The notes beneath the pieces are model-generated. The model made no database searches. It saw only the letters and a program-made list of their open reading frames with translations, and was not told the DNA's origin. The position numbers and the translations under genes are program-made. A stretch of 64,000 bases of DNA, taken from a bacterium (lineage in GTDB: Bacteria; SAR324; NAC60-12). The stretch lies in contig CBDDTI010000747.1 in assembly GCA_965233585.1 (NCBI GenBank), positions 352,001 through 416,000 on the forward strand, in the 5' to 3' direction. Positions 9,436-20,170 of this stretch are shown piece by piece. Every line of letters starts with the position of its first letter. The first letter of the stretch is position 1.

Positions 9436-10446
9436 AAAGGATTGCAATACCTTCTGAATGAAAAGAATCTTCAAAATCAAATAGACCTTGCTTATATTGA
9501 CCCGCCTTATGCAACAGGTTCAAACTTCACAGTGTCAGATACAAGAGCCTCAACGATTAGCAGTTCCAAGACTGGGAAGTTGGCTTATTCAGACAAAATT
9601 GTTGGGATAGATTTTTTAAACTTTCTCAAAGAACGGCTTCTTTTGTTAAAAGAATTATTGTCTGAACAAGGCTCTATTTATCTACACATTGATTACAAAA
9701 TAGGGCATTATGTCAAAGTCCTCATGGACGAAGTGTTTGGCGTCAAAAATTTTAGAAATGACATCACAAGAATCAAATGTAATCCCAAAAACTTTCAAAG
9801 AATTGGCTACGGCAACGTCAAAGATTTGATCTTGTTTTATTCCAAGTCAAGCAAACCCATCTGGAATGAACCCAAAGAACAATACACTGAACAAGACTTC
9901 AAAAAACTCTTTCCTAAAAAAGACAAACAAGGCAGAAGATACACCACCGTGCCAATTCATGCACCGGGAGAGACCCAAAGCGGAAAATCCAGCCAGCCTT
10001 TTCATGGAAGGCTTCCACCAGAAGGCAGGCATTGGAGAACAGATGTAGAAACTTTGGAACAATGGGACAAGGCTGGATTGATTGAGTGGTCAAAGTCTGG
10101 AAATCCTAGAAAAATCATCTTTGCAGATGAGAAAGAGGGCAAACGTGTTCAAGATATTTGGGAGTTTAAAGACCCCCAATATCCGACATATCCCACTGAA
10201 AAAAATGCAGATTTACTAGATTTGATCATTGGCACTTCTTCTAATGAAGAAAGTCTTGTCTTAGACTGCTTTTGTGGCTCTGGAACAACCCTAAAATCTG
10301 CACAATTACACAACAGAAAATGGATAGGCATTGACCAATCTGAACAAGCCATTCAAACCACCATTTCTAAATTACAAACAATTCAAGAAAATCTTCTGAC
10401 TCCTCAAGTTCTCTACGATTTTGTTGACCTTAAGCATCTTAAATGA
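9403..10446 (+). CDS. Site-specific amino-DNA methyltransferase (beta class, Mod-like)
   Basis: YIDPPY precedes YPTEK...VLDCFCGSGTT; no cognate endonuclease adjacent. Confidence 0.92.
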   Translation: MNNLLIQSNNLKGLQYLLNEKNLQNQIDLAYIDPPYATGSNFTVSDTRASTISSSKTGKLAYSDKIVGIDFLNFLKERLLLLKELLSEQGSIYLHIDYKIGHYVKVLMDEVFGVKNFRNDITRIKCNPKNFQRIGYGNVKDLILFYSKSSKPIWNEPKEQYTEQDFKKLFPKKDKQGRRYTTVPIHAPGETQSGKSSQPFHGRLPPEGRHWRTDVETLEQWDKAGLIEWSKSGNPRKIIFADEKEGKRVQDIWEFKDPQYPTYPTEKNADLLDLIIGTSSNEESLVLDCFCGSGTTLKSAQLHNRKWIGIDQSEQAIQTTISKLQTIQENLLTPQVLYDFVDLKHLK

Positions 10447-10490
10447 TGGGCTTGACTGACCAAATAGATTCCTTTCCTCTAAAGACTCAA

Positions 10491-13400
10491 ATGCAACTTC
10501 ACATCTCCAATCATTTAGAACCACTGGCAGAAAAATTAGCAGACTCTGTTCACTCTCTCCAAAAACAAGACTGGTCTGCGTCTCTCACAATTTTGACCCC
10601 TAACTTTAATCTGGACAAATGGATTTCATTGACACTTGCCAAGCAGAACCAAATTGCAATCAACCTGCAATTCATGCCCATTGAAAAATTTTTACAGCAA
10701 CAAACTGATGACCCACAAACTCCTATTTGGACTCTTGAAAAGCTACAACTGGCTTTGATTTTTGAGCTGGAACAGATTCTTGAGCTGGAACAAGTCCAGT
10801 CTTCTGACCCTTCAGTCTTTCAGCCTCTTCAAAACTATTTCTCCTCAGTACCAAACATTCCTGAACTCCAATCTGCCAAAGCAAGCCGTGTGACGACACT
10901 GGCTTTACATCTTGCCAAAGTCTTTCAAGGGTATTCCATTTTTAGAGACACTGACATTTTGCAAAAATGGGAAAAAGGAGAGTCTTTTTTGACAGATTTA
11001 AAAGAGTCAGCAAGCCGTTTTCAACAAGACACTGAACAATGGCAAAGCAAACTTTGGGAAGGATTGCTACAACATGGAATCAGCTTGCCTCGTCATCTCA
11101 GTCAAAGCCAATACAACAAACCTGAAGGTCATGTGTTTGTCTTTGGGTTTTCTTATCTGCCCCCTTTTCAGTATCAAGCATTGAAAAAACTTGCTGACAC
11201 AGGTTGTCAAATTCAATTTTACGCACTTTCTCCTTGTCAAGAATTTTGGCAAGATTTGCCAACGGGGAGAAAAGTGCCTCAATTTTCTGTGAACCAACAA
11301 GAAGAATCGTTGCTCAATTCATTTTTGCAATACTGGGGAAGACCTGCACAGGAACATCTCAATCAGTTGCTAAAACAAACAGATTATGACTTTACTGATT
11401 GCTTCCAAAGTGAAGAATCTAAAAAAACCTTTTTATCCCACATTCAAAAGCAGTTGTTTCATTTGCAAGAAAAGCCGTATCAAGGCGACTTAGAACATGA
11501 CCAAAGTCTGAATTTTTGGGCGGCATCTAGCATTCAGCACGAGGCAGAGGCAGTTGTCGGGGAAATCTGTCATCGCTTGGCAACAGACCAGACGTTAAGG
11601 ATTGACCAAATCGCCATCATCACTCCCAACCTTGCTGACTACCAAAGAACTCTTGAAGACACCTTTGCAAAGATAGGCAAAGAAGCATTGACATACAACT
11701 TGATTGATGCGGTATCAGAGCAAGCCTGTCAACTTGTGAAAGGTGTCTTGCTTTTGTTAGATTTAGCAAACAGCCCAAAGACTCGCAAGACTGTTTGGAG
11801 GCTCGTCTCTCATTCTCATTTCATGGCACGTTTTCAAATTTCTCAAACTCTCCTTAAACAATGGGAAGGCTGGTTGATTAACGCAGGCATTTTTGACGAT
11901 TCTGCTGATGACAACATCGCACCATTTGGCTGGGAACATGCTTTTAGAAGAATGGAACTAGGTGCCTGTTTTGAAGAATTTTCAGCAAACCAAGATTTTG
12001 TGATTGGCGACAACAACTATCCTCCTCTTGCCATGATGGACTCCCACGTCCCAGAAGTTTTACAAATGGTCTCTATTTTACGAGAGCTTTTTGAAAAACT
12101 GGCAACCCTTCAACAGCGTAAAAAGATCACGGACTGGGCAGACTTCTTTGCCAAGCTAGTTGAGCGGTTTCTCGCTCCACTCAATCCACCCAATCAGTAT
12201 GAAGAAAATATGTTCCTTTTAGTTGTTCAAAAATTAAGAAGTTTGGAAGACCTTGAAGACATAGGACAAGGCAGAGAACTTGATGGCGTGTATGCCCTCC
12301 AAATGGCACGATTACGAATACAAAAAATCACAACAGAAAAAGGATATTATCTGGCAGGTGGGGTTAGTATTTCTTCCTTCCAACCAATGCGTCCCATTCC
12401 TTTTAGAATAATCTTTATGATGGGACTCAGCGAAGACGCTTACCCCAGACAACAAGAAGTCAATCAGCTAGATTTAGCAAGTCTGCTGCCACCCCAATCG
12501 TGCGACTTCACCAATCGTGAAAAAGACTCCTATGCTTTCCTAGAAACCCTCACCTGTGCAAGAGATGCCGTGTATGCAAGCTACGTCAACCAAAACAACA
12601 AAGGAGAAGAAGCCTTGCCCTCGCCTCTTTTGCAATCAATGGTCAGGATTCTCAACGAATCTTATTTGCAACCGAACAATCAGATGAGTATCAAGGAACT
12701 CCCTGATTACACGTCTCAAGACACCCCTGAATTTGCAAAATACTCTCAAGAATGGATTGAACTCACCAACATTTGGCAAACCAGACAAGCACTAAAAGAA
12801 GAGCTAAAAAACCAAGGAACAAACATTGAGCAAATCCCTTTAGACCAACTGCAACAATGGAAGGAACAACAATGGAAAGACCAACTCAAACAACCACAAC
12901 CAAGTGAAGACTCCCAAAAACTTTCCCCTTCTGACAACGGTGCTGAAGACTCTCAAAATCCTACCAAACGGCATAGCCCCTCCGTCATGTCATACACTCT
13001 CAAAAACTTTTTGGACAACCCCGCTCAGGCAACTTTCCAATTTTATACAAGGAAAACCGCCAACGACGCCATTTACCATGAAATCCCTATTTGGAATGTG
13101 GAAGCAGATTTGAAGTATGAAACACTGGCAAACCTCTGGCATCTCATCATTGAAAACCCTGCGACCTGCTTGCAAACACACATCAAAGACTATCAAAAAT
13201 ATCTCAAAGACCGTTCACTTTGGAATGACCATTTACTTGGAACTTTGAGCTTTCAATGGATTCAAAACACATTAGAACACTGGCAAAAAGTGATTGAAGG
13301 CAAAGCAGGCAAAAAACAAAGCCATGCCATTTATAAAGATTGGAAAGACTTTGCCAACGATGTTTGTTTTTGGCAGATAGGGGATAGCCCGCCAAACATG

Positions 13401-14036
13401 GGCAAAGGCACTAAAAGCAAGGTACTTCCGCCTTTAATCATTCAACAAGTCCAAGTGGGTGATGACAAAATAGATGTTGAAATTAAAGGAGACATCGGTT
13501 GGGTCAGTCCAAATGCCATTTTTTCCTTTCAAGCAAGCAAAACTAATATGTTCACCAGCATCAAGGAATGTTTGCTCCCAGCCGTTTTGATTGCCGCCTG
13601 TGAGTCTCAAGACTGCCACGACTTCAAAAATACTTTACAAAATGCCTATGTGATAGGGGAAGAAACAAAACCAAGACGCACCACATTTAACATGCCCTCT
13701 ACTGATGACGCCAGACAATTTTTACAAAGCATGTTAGAAAACTTATTGAACCAAAACGACATTCAATACTATCCCCTATCAGCAGTGGATAAATTTAGAG
13801 CAAAGTCTTTAAAAGACTGGTGGGGAACATTTCAAGAAAAAGGCAAAGCAGAAGCAGACAAAGAAGCATTTCACCAAAAAGTCTTAACAGAACTTGACAA
13901 AACACCTGACAATCCAAATACTGACTTCATTTCTAACTTGGAAAAACAAGCTGTACATGAGTTTTTCCCACAACCAGAAAATACATATCAAGCTCTTGAC
14001 AATCGCCTCTCTTTCCTCATGACGTTACTCACATAA
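10491..14036 (+). CDS. recC: Exodeoxyribonuclease V gamma subunit
   Basis: N-terminal SNHLEPLA, FVFGFSYLPP, SPCQEFWQD, PMRPIPFRIIFMMGL, YAFLETL motifs. Confidence 0.88.
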   Translation: MQLHISNHLEPLAEKLADSVHSLQKQDWSASLTILTPNFNLDKWISLTLAKQNQIAINLQFMPIEKFLQQQTDDPQTPIWTLEKLQLALIFELEQILELEQVQSSDPSVFQPLQNYFSSVPNIPELQSAKASRVTTLALHLAKVFQGYSIFRDTDILQKWEKGESFLTDLKESASRFQQDTEQWQSKLWEGLLQHGISLPRHLSQSQYNKPEGHVFVFGFSYLPPFQYQALKKLADTGCQIQFYALSPCQEFWQDLPTGRKVPQFSVNQQEESLLNSFLQYWGRPAQEHLNQLLKQTDYDFTDCFQSEESKKTFLSHIQKQLFHLQEKPYQGDLEHDQSLNFWAASSIQHEAEAVVGEICHRLATDQTLRIDQIAIITPNLADYQRTLEDTFAKIGKEALTYNLIDAVSEQACQLVKGVLLLLDLANSPKTRKTVWRLVSHSHFMARFQISQTLLKQWEGWLINAGIFDDSADDNIAPFGWEHAFRRMELGACFEEFSANQDFVIGDNNYPPLAMMDSHVPEVLQMVSILRELFEKLATLQQRKKITDWADFFAKLVERFLAPLNPPNQYEENMFLLVVQKLRSLEDLEDIGQGRELDGVYALQMARLRIQKITTEKGYYLAGGVSISSFQPMRPIPFRIIFMMGLSEDAYPRQQEVNQLDLASLLPPQSCDFTNREKDSYAFLETLTCARDAVYASYVNQNNKGEEALPSPLLQSMVRILNESYLQPNNQMSIKELPDYTSQDTPEFAKYSQEWIELTNIWQTRQALKEELKNQGTNIEQIPLDQLQQWKEQQWKDQLKQPQPSEDSQKLSPSDNGAEDSQNPTKRHSPSVMSYTLKNFLDNPAQATFQFYTRKTANDAIYHEIPIWNVEADLKYETLANLWHLIIENPATCLQTHIKDYQKYLKDRSLWNDHLLGTLSFQWIQNTLEHWQKVIEGKAGKKQSHAIYKDWKDFANDVCFWQIGDSPPNMGKGTKSKVLPPLIIQQVQVGDDKIDVEIKGDIGWVSPNAIFSFQASKTNMFTSIKECLLPAVLIAACESQDCHDFKNTLQNAYVIGEETKPRRTTFNMPSTDDARQFLQSMLENLLNQNDIQYYPLSAVDKFRAKSLKDWWGTFQEKGKAEADKEAFHQKVLTELDKTPDNPNTDFISNLEKQAVHEFFPQPENTYQALDNRLSFLMTLLT

Positions 14037-14132
14037 CTTTTTCAAAAAAAGCAAAAGCCTCAGTCAAGCAATCGTCTGGCATGGTTTTTGATTCAAGGTC
14101 AAAATCAATCGTTGACCTTTACAGAATGAATT

Positions 14133-15323
14133 ATGTCAGAGAACACACCACAAAATGCCTATCAAGATTTATATTGGGGAGTCTTGAATGACTGCATTTT
14201 GCGTCTGGGAGAAGTAGAGCTTGCCCGTCAGCTGCTGGGATTGGAAAAACAAGAAGACATTCTTACAGGCTGGGAGGTCATTCGTTCATGGCATCAAGCA
14301 GGCATACCAGAACACTATTTTGAACTGATTAAAAAAATTTGCCATGTCCACCTTAAAGAAGCGGTTGAGCATCACATTGAACTAGAAGAACCTGAAAAAC
14401 AACTACTTGACCTCCTTTCCAATGTAGAATCCAACTTTTTTTTAGAACCTCAAACTGTCTTCTTGATTTGCGTCACTTTGTTGGGAGAAAAAAACCTTGC
14501 CTATTGGTCTTTGATTGAACAGACCACCTTGAGAAAGTGGCGGATTTTTGGCGTCCCAGAAGAAAGCAGAGACCAAATTTTAGGATTTGAAGATATGGTC
14601 GTAGGAGGCTTTGAAAAAGAATCAGAACAAGACCAACACCCCAAACTTGACGAGGTGAAAAAAGAGGTGCATCCAGAATTAGAGATGTATCGCCAAGCCT
14701 ATCAAGACTTTTATCAAGAACTCTCGCAAAACGACTTACTTGCCATTTATAATGCCGAACAAACCATTGCCTCCAATCAAATCGCCATGGGGCAACAAAT
14801 TTATCGTGTCAGAATTATCTTGAACATCTACGGACAACGTAAATTTCTGGAATGGCTCAAAATGATTTGTTGCAAAATTTGTCACATCTCATGGCGAAAA
14901 GCCTATGACCTCATGTACGCCTATGAAGCAAGGTATTTTGTTGAAAAATCACGACCTGATTTGTTGCCCATTTTTGACTACCAGCTCAGACACTTCCAAA
15001 CAGAAGCCAGACGTTCCAAAGATGATTTGATTCCCGCTTTAGAAGAAGCCAAAGAAGCGAACAAACGGTACACGCTTGATGAAGTTAAAGCATTGTTTAC
15101 CACAGAACAAGAAACCCACCAAACCGAAGAAACTGACGAAGAAAAGCAAGAAAAACAAATCATCGGTGAACTCAAAATGCCTGTGAGAAGACTCCTTGAC
15201 GAACCTTTGATTCGTAGCATCTCTTCTTACATTCATCAAAATCCTCAATTTACTGTACAAGTTATCCTCTCCACAGCACTACAAGACTGGTTTTCTCAAA
15301 ATCACGCTACAAAACTGACTTAA
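14133..15323 (+). CDS. Hypothetical, probably multi-domain DNA-binding protein
   Basis: Long ORF with two W-x3-G[IV]PE helical repeats, a DUF3102-like segment and an RHH-like C-terminus. Confidence 0.7.
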   Translation: MSENTPQNAYQDLYWGVLNDCILRLGEVELARQLLGLEKQEDILTGWEVIRSWHQAGIPEHYFELIKKICHVHLKEAVEHHIELEEPEKQLLDLLSNVESNFFLEPQTVFLICVTLLGEKNLAYWSLIEQTTLRKWRIFGVPEESRDQILGFEDMVVGGFEKESEQDQHPKLDEVKKEVHPELEMYRQAYQDFYQELSQNDLLAIYNAEQTIASNQIAMGQQIYRVRIILNIYGQRKFLEWLKMICCKICHISWRKAYDLMYAYEARYFVEKSRPDLLPIFDYQLRHFQTEARRSKDDLIPALEEAKEANKRYTLDEVKALFTTEQETHQTEETDEEKQEKQIIGELKMPVRRLLDEPLIRSISSYIHQNPQFTVQVILSTALQDWFSQNHATKLT

Positions 15324-15364
15324 GTCTTCAGTCACCTGCGTGCGTGTTTAAATCATTCTGATTC

Positions 15365-15865
15365 TTGACCCGCAATCTCACTTTTTTCCTAAACTAACCC
15401 GTCATTGCGGGACCTGACCCGCAATCTCATTTTTCCTAATTTCTTCATTTTTCCAAACGACTCTTGTTTTTTGAGATTCCTCATCAAGCACGGAATGACA
15501 GTTTGCTCTTTTTTTCATTACTCTGTCATTGCGGGCTTGACCCGCAATCTCTCTTGTTTTTTGAGATTCCGCATCAAGTGCGGAATGACGGGAGGTTGTA
15601 GGCTTGTTCCGCAATCTCTACACGACCGTCATTGTGGGCTTGACCCGCAATCTCTTTTTTTCATTGTGTTGACATTCTTTTTTGAGATTCTGAATCAAGT
15701 TCAGAATGACTAAGAGAGGCATAGAATGACGGGAGTGTTGAGATTCCGCACACGTCTCTTTGTCACTCTTGCGTCAGCAGGAATCCATACCTTGATTGAC
15801 GATAGATTCCGTGTCAAGCACGGAATGACAGCTTTTGTCATGGTTCACCTTGACCCTGTCATCTC
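15365..15865. repeat. REP/REPIN-like palindrome cluster
   Basis: Repeated GTCATTGCGGGCTTGACCCGCAATCTC paired with GAGATTCCGCATCAAGTGCGGAATGAC. Confidence 0.9.
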
Positions 15866-16007
15866 ATTCTTTCCCTCTTGTTTTCAAACTTTTTTCAACT
15901 TTTTTCAAACTTTTTTGATTTTGTTGCAAGTCTTTGATTTTCCAGTCTCATAGACTTGTCAATTTGCTGAATTTGCCACGTTTTTTCACAAAAAATGATC
16001 GCTTTCT

Positions 16008-16047
16008 CTGAGTTGGGACTTGTTTTTTTTTTTTGTACGTGCATAAT
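16008..16047 (+). promoter_or_regulatory. Promoter-like motif with T12 tract (shared with the SBBP genes)
   Basis: ctgagttgggacttg-T12-gtacgtgcataat matches the motifs at 40923 and 58083. Confidence 0.6.
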
Positions 16048-16165
16048 CTCTTCTGCTTGTTTGACTGTAATCTCATCTTGTTACAAAGATACCCTTTTTA
16101 TGAAACAACTCTTGGTTAGTCTGCTAGCTTGAGATTTTGCTGCTTGATGCAGAATCTCAAAACTC

Positions 16166-16425
16166 GCAATGAGATTGCGGATCAAGTCCGCAATGACGGC
16201 TGTGTGGAGATTGCGGGTCAGATCCTCAATGACACTTTTCAAGCCCGCAATGACGGTTTTGTGGAGATTGCGGATCAAGTCCGCAATGACGGCTGTGTGG
16301 AGATTGCGGGTCAGGTCCCGCAATGACGGTTTTGTGGAGATTGCGTGTCAGGCACGGAATGACGGGGAACGTCAGATGGCGTGTCAGGCACGGAATGACC
16401 AAAATCCACGCCCGCAATGACGGCT
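16166..16425. repeat. Tandem array of ~36-37 bp REP units
   Basis: gagattgcggatcaagtccgcaatgacgg(c/t)t(g/t)tgtg repeated with variants. Confidence 0.9.
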
Positions 16426-16555
16426 GTCATCAGGTCTTTGTTGTGATTTTTGAGTGTTGCAGTGTGAAACAAGCAAATGTTGTATGAGTCCCGTCCCGTG
16501 AGTCGCATCTCACATGAGGGGGCTTTTCTTTAAACCTCTATCCAAAGGATAATTT

Positions 16556-19500
16556 ATGAATCTGTTAAAAAGATTTGCTCAAATCAGCTCCATCGCCCTA
16601 GCTTCTGCGATGATTGCTTCTTGTGCCAGCGACTCCAGTAGTTCTGGCTCTTCTTCTGAAGCTGAAACGACCGAAAACCCGACCGCTCAACAAAAAAAGG
16701 CAGAGGCAAAGCCGTCATACGCTTATGCCAAAACTGCTTTTGATGCCAGCAGTGACGCAGACTCTATGTCTATGAAAGAGTGTCAAGGGCGTGCAGGCGT
16801 GGAAATCAAAATGGGCATAGACAAAAATGCCGATGGCAAGCTGGAAGGCGATGAGGTCGCAAAAACCGAATACGTCTGCGATGGGGAGAAAGGTGCTGCA
16901 GGCGCTGCTGGTGCAAAAGGCGACTACACCAAAGTCCACACTGTCAGCTTTGACGGAGCTGGAGCTGCTGCTGCTGGGCAAACCCTAGTCAAAGACAACA
17001 CGAAATTCAAACCAGCCGTCACTTATGCAGGCACAACAGCCGCTTACTGCCAAACTGTTGGAGGCGTCCAAGTCAATTTCTACACTGAAAGTGGAGACAC
17101 TGCAGGATTTGATGCCAAAGACACCGTCCTCAAAACCACTTACGTCTGTAATGGTGTTGCTGGGGCAAAAGGTGATAAAGGTGACACTGGCAACAACGCC
17201 CCTGCTCAACTTGCCTATCAAGCTAAGTTTACTAAGAATTTAGCCACTGGCGTTAAAGGTACATCAGTTGCTGATGTCAATGTCATCACTAAAACTGGAC
17301 AATCTGGCTACAGCCGTGTCCTTTTTGATTATGATGAGGATGTTGGTACCGATGGTGCTGATAGCGACGGTAACAAGGCTAATGATTTTGTGAAAATCGG
17401 AGTGTTGAATGATGGCAAAGCTAGTGTGTTGGAAAACTGGAGCGCTTTGGGTGTAGTAACTAACTATTACAAAACAACAGCAGGCACACCTCCAACTGTG
17501 TTCTTCAATGTGACTAATGACCTCTATTACGTCAATGCTGATGACACGGCTGTCAAAGTAGATTTAACTGCAACCATAAGCCAAATCGTTTCAGCAGCAA
17601 CAGGCGTCTTTGTCATTGATAATTCTGACGGTGCGAGCGGTCTTTTCTTTGTTAAAACAGATGGCACCGTTGAAAACCTCAAAGGAAAAGGTATGGATTT
17701 CACGGGCGAAACTCCTAAAAACATAGAAGTCGTTGGTGATACTTTGTTTCTCAATGATACTTCTACAAAAACAGCATCGTTTATCGCTTCTTCCAAAAAC
17801 ATTCGGGAAAACGTCGGAATCGTCACAGGAGGAAAGGGAGCAACACTGGCAGCAGTTACTTTAACAACAGGCAGAACCATTGCAACAGGAGACACCACAC
17901 TTGAGAAAGGAAAGACAGGAGTCTTTGTGATTGACAAAAAAACTGGAGCTGATAGCGATCTATTCTTTATTAAAACCGATGGCAGTGTTGAAAACCTCAA
18001 ACCAACAGGTATGGACTTCAAAGGTGCAACCCCAGCAAACAGAGTTGTCATTGGTGATACCTTGTTTCTCAATGATAGTACGCAAGCAGCAGCCACTGTT
18101 GCCAGCGGTAAAACTCTTGTTGCAAACGTCGGAATCGTCACAGGAGGAAAGGGAGCAACACTGGCAGCAGTTACTTTAACAGCAGGCAGAACCATTGCAA
18201 CAGGAGACACCACACTTAAGGAAGGAAAGACAGGAGTCTTTGTGATTGACAAAAAAACTGGAGTTGATAGCGATCTATTCTTTATTAAAACCGATGGCAA
18301 TGTTGAAAACCTCAAACCAACAGGTATGGACTTCAAAGGTACAGCTCCTACCTCAGCCGTAGTTGATGATACTTTGTTTCTCCATAGTAGTAACGACGCT
18401 GCAGTGCTTGCCACTGCAGGCACCGCAGCACTTGATGAAAAAATTGGAAGAGTCCAAGTAACAGGAAATTCTCCAAAACTAGAAGCAGTTGGAGTGGCAG
18501 CCGTAACAAAAGACAATGTCTCCTTTGTGAAAGGAGAGACAGGAATCTTTGTCATTAAAAGCACAGGTGGTGGTAGCAAACTTTACTTTGTTGGTAAAGG
18601 TCAAACAGACGATGCTGATAGCCTAGCACCAACAGGTATGGATTTCAAAGGCGAGACCCTTGTCACAAAAGCAGTTGACGATACTTTGTTTCTCACGACT
18701 CAAGGAGCCTCTGCAGTGGTCACTAGTGTTGGTACCGTTGAACTTACTAAAAAAGTCGCAAGAGCCGCTAAATTGAAAAACGGCAACGTTTCCAATCTAG
18801 CGTTAGTTACAGGATTAGCTGCTAGCACAGCAACCAATGTCTCCTTTGTGGAAGGAAAGACAGGAATCTTTGTGGTTGATAAAACTACAGGTGCTGATAG
18901 CAAACTTTACTTTGTTGGCAAAACTGACAATGCTGAAGACCTCACTGATAGCATAGATTTCAAAGGTAAGGCAGTGGCAAAAAAACAAGTTGTCAGCACT
19001 TTTGACAAAAATGGTGTTGCTACAGGAGACAAGCTACATCTTCTTGGCGATGGAACAAACGCAGGTACAACATACAAAGACAACCCTGGTATTGCCTTTT
19101 CAAGTGGTGAGACCAAACATCGCTTACTCAATCCACAACACGGCACTATCGTCGATAGGCAAGCAGTGCATTTTGGAGGCAAGTTGTATTTTGGCAGCGG
19201 TTCGTATCTCTGGGAAAGTGACGGAACAAAAGCAGGCACTAAAGTTCTTGGCAAGCACACTGTCACGTCTATCACCACAGACGGCACTGACGTTTATTTT
19301 GCAACATCGGCAGACCTTTATAAGCTCACTGTTTCTACTGGCGCCATTGCCACTTTTGGAGGCAGCAATGCTGCTGTTGGTGACATGACCCACCTCAAAG
19401 TGATTGATGGAAAACTTTTTGGTGTGAAGAAAGATGGATCTAACAAACTTGACTTGGTTTACGTCAAATCAGATGCCAATGCTGTTGTTGTTGGAAAATC

Positions 19501-20170
19501 TGATGGCGTTCTTGGCGATGTTGCTTCACTGCATGTGCTAGGTTCAGGAAACACTGCCAAAGTCATTGCTGTTGGTGCTAGCAAACTTGCTTATGCCGAT
19601 AAAGATGACGATGGTAGCGGTAATGACAAGAAAGCAACAGAAATCAAAAACGGTTCAAATGCTATTGCCGCAAAAAATCCTGTAGTTGCTGGTGATGTGT
19701 TGTTTTTCTTACAAGCTAGCAAAGCTCTCTTTGTGACTCAAGGTGCAACAGACACAACCTTTCAAGTGAAAGATGATGCTGGTGCAGTGAAAATTGGTAC
19801 CGTTGGTGCGTTCCCAGCCTCCAAAGTAGGCAGTTCTTACTATGTGCTAATTGACAAGAAATTGTACGAAGTTGATAAGTCTGATGGTAGTGCAGAGGTT
19901 GTAGATTATGGTGCTGATAGTGGTAGCAATTTGGCAGTGGTCAAGAAAGGTAGCGATTATTACTTGTTTGTCACTGGTCGTGGTGAGGTGTTTGTGAAAA
20001 AAGAAGCTGCTAATGAAGTTTTTAAAGCAACCAATCTCGCACGTTATGGGCTGACTGGAGTCGATCAACCCACTGTTGTTGGCAGTAAACTTTATTTCTT
20101 GGCAAATAGTAGCGCCAGTGCTTACTTTTCAAATCACGGAATAGAGTGGTTTTACACAGAACAGAAATAA
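16556..20170 (+). CDS. Large surface lipoprotein with collagen-like GxY stretches, ~105-aa repeats and ELWxxDGT-type propeller motif
   Basis: Lipobox MIAS/C; GIDKNADGKLEGDEV..YVCDG motif; GAAGAAGAKGD; YLWESDGTKAGT. DNA repeat 17809-18025 recurs 315 bp later. Confidence 0.85.
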   Translation: MNLLKRFAQISSIALASAMIASCASDSSSSGSSSEAETTENPTAQQKKAEAKPSYAYAKTAFDASSDADSMSMKECQGRAGVEIKMGIDKNADGKLEGDEVAKTEYVCDGEKGAAGAAGAKGDYTKVHTVSFDGAGAAAAGQTLVKDNTKFKPAVTYAGTTAAYCQTVGGVQVNFYTESGDTAGFDAKDTVLKTTYVCNGVAGAKGDKGDTGNNAPAQLAYQAKFTKNLATGVKGTSVADVNVITKTGQSGYSRVLFDYDEDVGTDGADSDGNKANDFVKIGVLNDGKASVLENWSALGVVTNYYKTTAGTPPTVFFNVTNDLYYVNADDTAVKVDLTATISQIVSAATGVFVIDNSDGASGLFFVKTDGTVENLKGKGMDFTGETPKNIEVVGDTLFLNDTSTKTASFIASSKNIRENVGIVTGGKGATLAAVTLTTGRTIATGDTTLEKGKTGVFVIDKKTGADSDLFFIKTDGSVENLKPTGMDFKGATPANRVVIGDTLFLNDSTQAAATVASGKTLVANVGIVTGGKGATLAAVTLTAGRTIATGDTTLKEGKTGVFVIDKKTGVDSDLFFIKTDGNVENLKPTGMDFKGTAPTSAVVDDTLFLHSSNDAAVLATAGTAALDEKIGRVQVTGNSPKLEAVGVAAVTKDNVSFVKGETGIFVIKSTGGGSKLYFVGKGQTDDADSLAPTGMDFKGETLVTKAVDDTLFLTTQGASAVVTSVGTVELTKKVARAAKLKNGNVSNLALVTGLAASTATNVSFVEGKTGIFVVDKTTGADSKLYFVGKTDNAEDLTDSIDFKGKAVAKKQVVSTFDKNGVATGDKLHLLGDGTNAGTTYKDNPGIAFSSGETKHRLLNPQHGTIVDRQAVHFGGKLYFGSGSYLWESDGTKAGTKVLGKHTVTSITTDGTDVYFATSADLYKLTVSTGAIATFGGSNAAVGDMTHLKVIDGKLFGVKKDGSNKLDLVYVKSDANAVVVGKSDGVLGDVASLHVLGSGNTAKVIAVGASKLAYADKDDDGSGNDKKATEIKNGSNAIAAKNPVVAGDVLFFLQASKALFVTQGATDTTFQVKDDAGAVKIGTVGAFPASKVGSSYYVLIDKKLYEVDKSDGSAEVVDYGADSGSNLAVVKKGSDYYLFVTGRGEVFVKKEAANEVFKATNLARYGLTGVDQPTVVGSKLYFLANSSASAYFSNHGIEWFYTEQK

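Noticed and set aside
9403..14036. Type III R-M (mod-res) operon
   Set aside because: The large downstream ORF has RecC motifs, not Res helicase motifs.
16166..16425. CRISPR array
   Set aside because: The ~36-bp periodic units have only ~9-nt repeated linkers and no unique spacers; there are no cas genes, and the units belong to the dispersed REP family.
15402..16508. Short ORFs inside REP clusters (also 20187-20747, 34245-34646, 40436-41069, 42765-43121, 55847-56296, 58293-58526)
   Set aside because: Translations of palindromic repeats (RHCGLDPQS, LRFRIKCGMT) without RBS or domain signal.
17527..18579. 350-aa antisense ORF
   Set aside because: Shadow of the repetitive Thr/Gly/Ala-rich lipoprotein on the plus strand.
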